A DNA stretch of 35,935 bases, from IMG/VR virus record IMGVR_UViG_3300035211_000022, positions 1 to 35,935 of that record. One strand, 5' to 3'. Each line of letters begins with the position of its first letter. The first letter of the stretch is position 1. This DNA comes from a virus. Both the position numbers and the translations under genes were made by a program. Shown piece by piece: positions 32,307 to 35,935 of this stretch. The notes under the pieces are model-generated. The model was not told the DNA's origin. It saw nothing but the letters and a program-made list of their open reading frames with translations, and made no database searches.

Positions 32307-32335
32307 TTGAGTTTGTGTAATAGGTGCGCTATCCT
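32307..32335 (+). promoter_or_regulatory. Rightward promoter: TTGAGT-N17-TATCCT
   Basis: -35 at 32307-32312 and -10 at 32330-32335, divergent from P1 with 24 nt between the -35 elements. Confidence 0.5.
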
Positions 32336-32369
32336 TTCTACGATGGCATATCAACACAGCGAGGACGGC

Positions 32370-32645
32370 ATGAACAGCGAGCAGAAAAAAGCCCTGTACT
32401 GGGTAGCCAAGCATCAAGGCAGCGCCGCCCTGTCCGTGATCCAGAAGCACATGCAGGCGCTCAACTCAGCACAGCGGCGCGCCCTGCTGGACGGGCTGGT
32501 GGACAGCGGCCACCTGGAAAAGGACGTAGGGATTGGCGGCATGGGCCCGCCGCCCGTGGTGTACACTCTTACCCGCAAGGGGAAGGCCTACCTGCGCACC
32601 CTGGAGCGCCGCGGCCTTATCGAGCTGCCACAGGCCGCAGGATGA
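32370..32645 (+). CDS. Winged-helix DNA-binding protein (91 aa; alternative ATG at 32343 would be near-leaderless)
   Basis: GAGG lies 5 nt upstream of ATG 32370. ..SVIQKHMQALNSAQRRALLDGLVDSGHLEK..VVYTLTRKGKAYL is wHTH-like. It is the first gene of the rightward unit. Confidence 0.65.
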   Translation: MNSEQKKALYWVAKHQGSAALSVIQKHMQALNSAQRRALLDGLVDSGHLEKDVGIGGMGPPPVVYTLTRKGKAYLRTLERRGLIELPQAAG

Positions 32646-32854
32646 GCGAGAAGCGATACACCGTGGAGCGCATCGAGGAGAAGGCGGGGAAGCGAAAACG
32701 GGTCTACTCCTGGATAGTCCGCTGCCCCGACGGTTCCATTGCAAACGACTTTCACCACCCAACAGAGAAGTCCGCGCAGCGTCATTGTGACAACTGTAAC
32801 GCCTTCTGTTTACCCAAAGGAGAAACCCATGAGCAAGACCACCAACGACGTTGA
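32642..32854 (+). CDS. Hypothetical protein (70 aa)
   Basis: ATGA overlap with the wHTH gene. Basic, with a CDNCNAFC motif. Confidence 0.5.
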   Translation: MSEKRYTVERIEEKAGKRKRVYSWIVRCPDGSIANDFHHPTEKSAQRHCDNCNAFCLPKGETHEQDHQRR

Positions 32855-33209
32855 TCAGATTCTGGCAGACCGCGCCCAGGGCATTCTCGACCAGATCGAG
32901 AAGCAGGCCCGCAGCACCCTGGAGGAGCTGGCGGATCAGGTCGACTTCAACCCCCAGGGCGGACACAGCAAGGGCCAGAACCTTGGCACCCTGCTTTTCG
33001 GCGGCGACCGTGACTTGAGGGCCGCGGTGCGGGCTTCAATCTTGAAGGGCATCAAGGACGAGCTGCTGGAGCATGCGCTGAGCCGTCTTGATGGCGCCCC
33101 CGCAACCAAGCCGGCCGCAGCCGAGCCCGTCGACCCCGAGCCCGACGGAAAGCCGACCGCCAGCAAGACCACCGCCAGCAAGACCGCCGCCGGTGGAAAC
33201 AAGAAGTAA
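32829..33209 (+). CDS. Hypothetical protein (126 aa) with a disordered basic tail
   Basis: ATG 32829 lies 6 nt after AAGGAG (32817-32822). Confidence 0.65.
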   Translation: MSKTTNDVDQILADRAQGILDQIEKQARSTLEELADQVDFNPQGGHSKGQNLGTLLFGGDRDLRAAVRASILKGIKDELLEHALSRLDGAPATKPAAAEPVDPEPDGKPTASKTTASKTAAGGNKK

Positions 33210-33645
33210 GCGCCCTGCGCGGCACAAACAGGAGGAGGCCAAGCACCAGCGCGCCCTGATCTCCTGGGCCCAGCGGGTCCGGCTGGACAATCCACCGGAC
33301 CCCGATGGGCGTTTCCTGGACGATTACCTGATCGCCATCCCCAACGGCGGCAAACGTAGCAAGCGCGAGGCGGCCCTGCTCAAGGCTGAGGGGGTCAAGG
33401 CCGGCGTCTCCGACCTGCTCCTACCTATCCCCAACGGCACCTATTCAGGCCTATGGGTGGAGCTCAAGGTGGGGGACAACTACCCGAGCAAGGATCAGCG
33501 GTCCTGGGGGTACCGGATGGTTGCCTGCGGTTACGCCTTCCGGTGCTGCTGGGACTGGCTGGCAGCGAAACACGCGATCCAGGAGTACCTGGACGACAAG
33601 CTGGAGGGCGAGCCCTATGCCTACAGACGCCTGCAGGACAGCTGA
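33193..33645 (+). CDS. VRR-NUC domain nuclease (about 150 aa; start uncertain, GTG 33193)
   Basis: ..HQRALISWAQ..IAIPNGGKRSKREAALLKAEGVKAGVSDLLLPIPNG..GLWVELK..SKDQRSW.. matches the VRR-NUC PD-(D/E)xK pattern. Confidence 0.7.
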   Translation: METRSKRPARHKQEEAKHQRALISWAQRVRLDNPPDPDGRFLDDYLIAIPNGGKRSKREAALLKAEGVKAGVSDLLLPIPNGTYSGLWVELKVGDNYPSKDQRSWGYRMVACGYAFRCCWDWLAAKHAIQEYLDDKLEGEPYAYRRLQDS

Positions 33646-34012
33646 AATCCTGATCGCCGCAACACCAGAGGATATCCCCGACTATTACCACTGCTGGACC
33701 TGGAGAGGGCGCCAGGAGCGCGACGGGAACGTGGTCATTATGGGGAAAACCTCCCTGCTCTATATGCGGATGCGCCTGTTTTCGTGGCCAGGGGCGGTGC
33801 GCCTGGAGCTGGCGGGCGATCCGCGGTGCCACTGCCAGTTTGACGAGGTAGCCATTATTGGCATGGCCAGCAGCACCGGCGAGCCGATTAAAAACCCGGA
33901 AATGGCCTTTCACTGGGAGTTTGTCGCCTTCCTGCTGGCGCAGCTGGGCATCAAGCACGTGGCAGAGATCAACATTGAGAGGGTAGAAAATTATGAGGAC
34001 AACCAACGCTGA
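33617..34012 (+). CDS. Hypothetical protein (131 aa)
   Basis: ATG 33617 lies 8 nt after GGAGGG. Confidence 0.6.
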   Translation: MPTDACRTAEILIAATPEDIPDYYHCWTWRGRQERDGNVVIMGKTSLLYMRMRLFSWPGAVRLELAGDPRCHCQFDEVAIIGMASSTGEPIKNPEMAFHWEFVAFLLAQLGIKHVAEINIERVENYEDNQR

Positions 34013-34307
34013 GATCGAGCTGATCGTCACCACCACAGAGAAGCCCGAACATCTGAGCAACTACGCCAGCACCGGCCTGCGCGAGCCGGACATGCACCAA
34101 TACAAGATCGCCCTGGAGGTAACCCCTCGGTCCCTGCTGGTGCGGGCGATGCCGGCCACCGCATCCCTGGCGCAATCCCCCATGACGCTGATGGAGATTA
34201 TAGGCTCATTCCCCAATCTGATGGCTGACGAGCGGCTTTTCTCCTGGGTGCTGGCCTGCCAGGGGCTGAGTTTCCACGAAAAGGTAACGATCAGGGGGCT
34301 GTCATGA
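33993..34307 (+). CDS. Hypothetical protein (104 aa)
   Basis: ORF tiled in the operon. Confidence 0.55.
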   Translation: MRTTNAEIELIVTTTEKPEHLSNYASTGLREPDMHQYKIALEVTPRSLLVRAMPATASLAQSPMTLMEIIGSFPNLMADERLFSWVLACQGLSFHEKVTIRGLS

Positions 34308-34627
34308 GTAGGTATACGCGAAAGCACCCGGACGCCAAGCTGCGCCCCCGCCACATCAACCGCACGATTGACGAGGTGATCGCCGACTTTGCCAATGAGA
34401 AGTTCAAGCAGGGCATTGACGGGGTGATGGAGCTCGCCAGCTGGTGGAAGTCGGCTGGCGCCGGGCGCGAGTCATTTCTGGACCTGTGCCAGTACATCGA
34501 GCGGGAGGCCGCCGCGCTGCACGACGAGCCCCAGCGGTTGCGGCTGCAGATTGGAAAGGAGATCCGGGCTGCTATGCTGGAGAGAAAGCGGGCGATCGTC
34601 GTCCCTGGCAACCAGACAAAGCATTGA
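34304..34627 (+). CDS. Hypothetical protein (107 aa)
   Basis: ATGA overlap with the upstream gene. Confidence 0.55.
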   Translation: MSRYTRKHPDAKLRPRHINRTIDEVIADFANEKFKQGIDGVMELASWWKSAGAGRESFLDLCQYIEREAAALHDEPQRLRLQIGKEIRAAMLERKRAIVVPGNQTKH

Positions 34628-34635
34628 GGTGAACC

Positions 34636-35223
34636 ATGGCGAAGAAGCAGATCGCAAAGAGCAAGCCGCGAGAGTGCACCGCCTATGAGGACAGTTTTGC
34701 CCGGCTTTATGCCATCCACGGCAACGGGGCGAAGGCCTACGCGCTGTCGAAGTACAAGGATCAGGGGGCCGAGGGCAACCGGACCCAGGCCTACAAACTC
34801 CTACAGAAGCCACACATTCTGGAGAGGGTTGAGGAGTACCGCCAGCTTATCGATCAGAAGCTGGACATCCGCCTGGACCGCATCCTGGCAGAGCTGGCCG
34901 CTATCGCCTTCTCCGACCCCCTGGACGTGGTGAATTTCTCCGGTGGCACAATGGTGGTAAAAGACCTGGAGCAGATGCCGGCCTACGCCAGGGCGGCCAT
35001 TCAGTCGGTGGAGGAGGTACCCAGCGCGGACGGCGGGACCGTTCTCAAGGTCAAATTCCACCCCAAGGTGCCGGCCCTCACCAAGCTACTCGAGTACAAG
35101 CAGGGGGCCGCTGGTGGCGCCATGGCCGGCAATCGTCGCGTCCGCCTTGAAATGGCCATGTTCCACGATGGCGGCAAGGATGGCGGCAGCTCCGGCACCA
35201 AGGCAGTGGTCCACATCGACTGA
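34636..35223 (+). CDS. terS: Terminase small subunit (195 aa)
   Basis: ..FARLYAIHGNGAKAYALSKY.., ..AYKLLQKPHILERVEEYR.. and ..KVPALTKLLEY.. match the Terminase_2 pattern. It lies upstream of terL. Confidence 0.8.
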   Translation: MAKKQIAKSKPRECTAYEDSFARLYAIHGNGAKAYALSKYKDQGAEGNRTQAYKLLQKPHILERVEEYRQLIDQKLDIRLDRILAELAAIAFSDPLDVVNFSGGTMVVKDLEQMPAYARAAIQSVEEVPSADGGTVLKVKFHPKVPALTKLLEYKQGAAGGAMAGNRRVRLEMAMFHDGGKDGGSSGTKAVVHID

Positions 35224-35276
35224 CACAAGCCGGCTTTTTTGCTAACCTTGCGGGAAACCTGCAAGGAGTCAATGCA

Positions 35277-35471
35277 ATGGTACCGGAAAAGGCCGTAGAG
35301 AAGCTGGTGAACCTCCCCGCCGAACACGCCGAGGCAGTCGGCGCTATTGTTGAGCGCCACGAGGAGGTGGAAGCACACAACGCCGTTCTCGCCAAAGAGG
35401 TGGAGCAGCTGCGCGGGAAGCTTGCGGCCGCCCTGCACCGGATCTGGCTCCTGGAAATGAGCGAGGAGTAG
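35277..35471 (+). CDS. Small helical protein (64 aa) between terS and terL
   Basis: ATG lies 9 nt after AAGGAG (35263-35268). Confidence 0.55.
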   Translation: MVPEKAVEKLVNLPAEHAEAVGAIVERHEEVEAHNAVLAKEVEQLRGKLAAALHRIWLLEMSEE

Positions 35472-35477
35472 ACCGCC

Positions 35478-35935
35478 ATGGTGATGCTCTTGGACGACAA
35501 CGCCCAAGATCAGGATCCCGTCATCCTCCCCTACGAGTACACCCCGAGGTTCTACCAGAAGCCCATCTGGCAGGCGATGTTTCCCGCCAGTGACGCGATT
35601 GAGGCGGTGCGCCGCGCCGTCCTGGTATGGCATCGCCGGGCAGGGAAGGACAAGACGACGATCAATCTGGTAGTGGCCAAGGCCATGGAGCGGGTGGGGA
35701 CGTACCTCTACCTGCTGCCCAAGCAGACCCAGGCCAGGAAGGTTATCTGGCGGGGCATGGACAAGGAGGGCTTCAAGTTCATCGACCACATCCCCGCCGA
35801 CCTGATCGCCAAGAAGAACAACACCGACATGTACGTGGAGCTGGTGAACGGCTCGATTATTCAGGTGGGCGGCTCCGACACCTACGACGCCTGGATGGGC
35901 ACCAACCCGGTGGGGATCATCTTCTCCGAGTACAG
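35478..35935 (+). CDS. terL: Terminase large subunit, N-terminal part (3' partial in window; continues at base 1 via the terminal repeat)
   Basis: ATG 35478. Walker-A-like WHRRAGKDKT. The last 127 nt duplicate bases 1-127 in the same frame. Confidence 0.85.
   Translation, partial: MVMLLDDNAQDQDPVILPYEYTPRFYQKPIWQAMFPASDAIEAVRRAVLVWHRRAGKDKTTINLVVAKAMERVGTYLYLLPKQTQARKVIWRGMDKEGFKFIDHIPADLIAKKNNTDMYVELVNGSIIQVGGSDTYDAWMGTNPVGIIFSEY
35809..35935. repeat. Second copy of the 127-bp terminal repeat
   Basis: Identical to 1..127. Confidence 0.9.

Noticed and set aside
32249-32318. 7-nt inverted repeat ACACAAA / TTTGTGT flanking the divergent promoter region as a shared operator.
   Set aside because: It is only 7 nt, lies asymmetrically relative to the two promoters, and is part of the GT-rich leader motif. 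This is insufficient evidence to call a binding site.
32307-32369. The ORF-track start (TTG 32307) and ATG 32343 for the wHTH gene.
   Set aside because: TTG 32307 coincides with the predicted -35 box. ATG 32343 would lie only ~8 nt after the -10 (leaderless). That is possible but unsupported. ATG 32370 has a GAGG SD at 5 nt, so it is preferred, and the alternative is noted.
33088-33192. ATG 33088 start for the VRR-NUC ORF, which would give a Pro-rich 35-aa N-terminal extension.
   Set aside because: The extension lies entirely within the preceding gene in another frame and is P/S/R-rich shadow sequence. The nuclease homology begins after GTG 33193.
35224-35245. AAGCCGGCTT palindrome followed by TTTTT after terS as a terminator.
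   Set aside because: The palindrome has no room for a loop (at most a 3-bp stem with a 4-nt loop). A terminator between terS and terL would also make little biological sense.

Overview
The window is a complete, visibly GC-rich (roughly 60%+ by eye) podovirus-type phage genome of about 35.8 kb. Bases 1-127 are identical to 35809-35935, an assembly-overlap signature of a circular or circularly permuted molecule. The large terminase ORF runs in frame across that junction.

Gene layout:
- One long rightward (+) unit starts at a divergent promoter region near 32.3 kb. It carries a wHTH regulator, small early genes, VRR-NUC, terS and terL, then wraps to the portal, scaffold and major capsid.
- It continues with T7-like tail tubular A/B, four large internal (ejection) proteins, the tail fibre and a lysis cassette (DUF5675-like lysin, holin, overlapping i-/o-spanins), ending near 23.3 kb.
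- Three leftward (-) early operons span 32217 down to 23398. They are driven by near-identical sigma70-type promoters and encode Cys-rich small proteins, DUF2303, a Dam-type methyltransferase, a Rad52-like annealase, Gp157 and SSB.

I could not recognise a DNA polymerase, primase/helicase, RNA polymerase, integrase, tRNA, CRISPR array or reverse transcriptase.

Most interesting observations:
1. The 1120-aa ejection-protein ORF is polyvalent, with a ParB-like module and a RelA/SpoT-like (alarmone-synthetase fold) module.
2. Directly 3' of that module, a 75-aa acidic ORF on the opposite strand has its own SD and an early-type promoter. These signals sit in an AT-rich island nested inside the still-open plus-strand ORF.
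3. About 400 nt of hairpin-rich noncoding DNA lies between a bidirectional terminator and promoter P2, with a candidate ~90-nt sRNA.
4. A virion-module protein carries nine 20-residue repeats anchored on ATGT(P/A)S.
5. The nozzle protein has a discoidin-like insertion, and the tail fibre ends in a repeated STxWDxSTA beta-propeller.

All family assignments come from motif recognition by eye and need HMM or structure confirmation.
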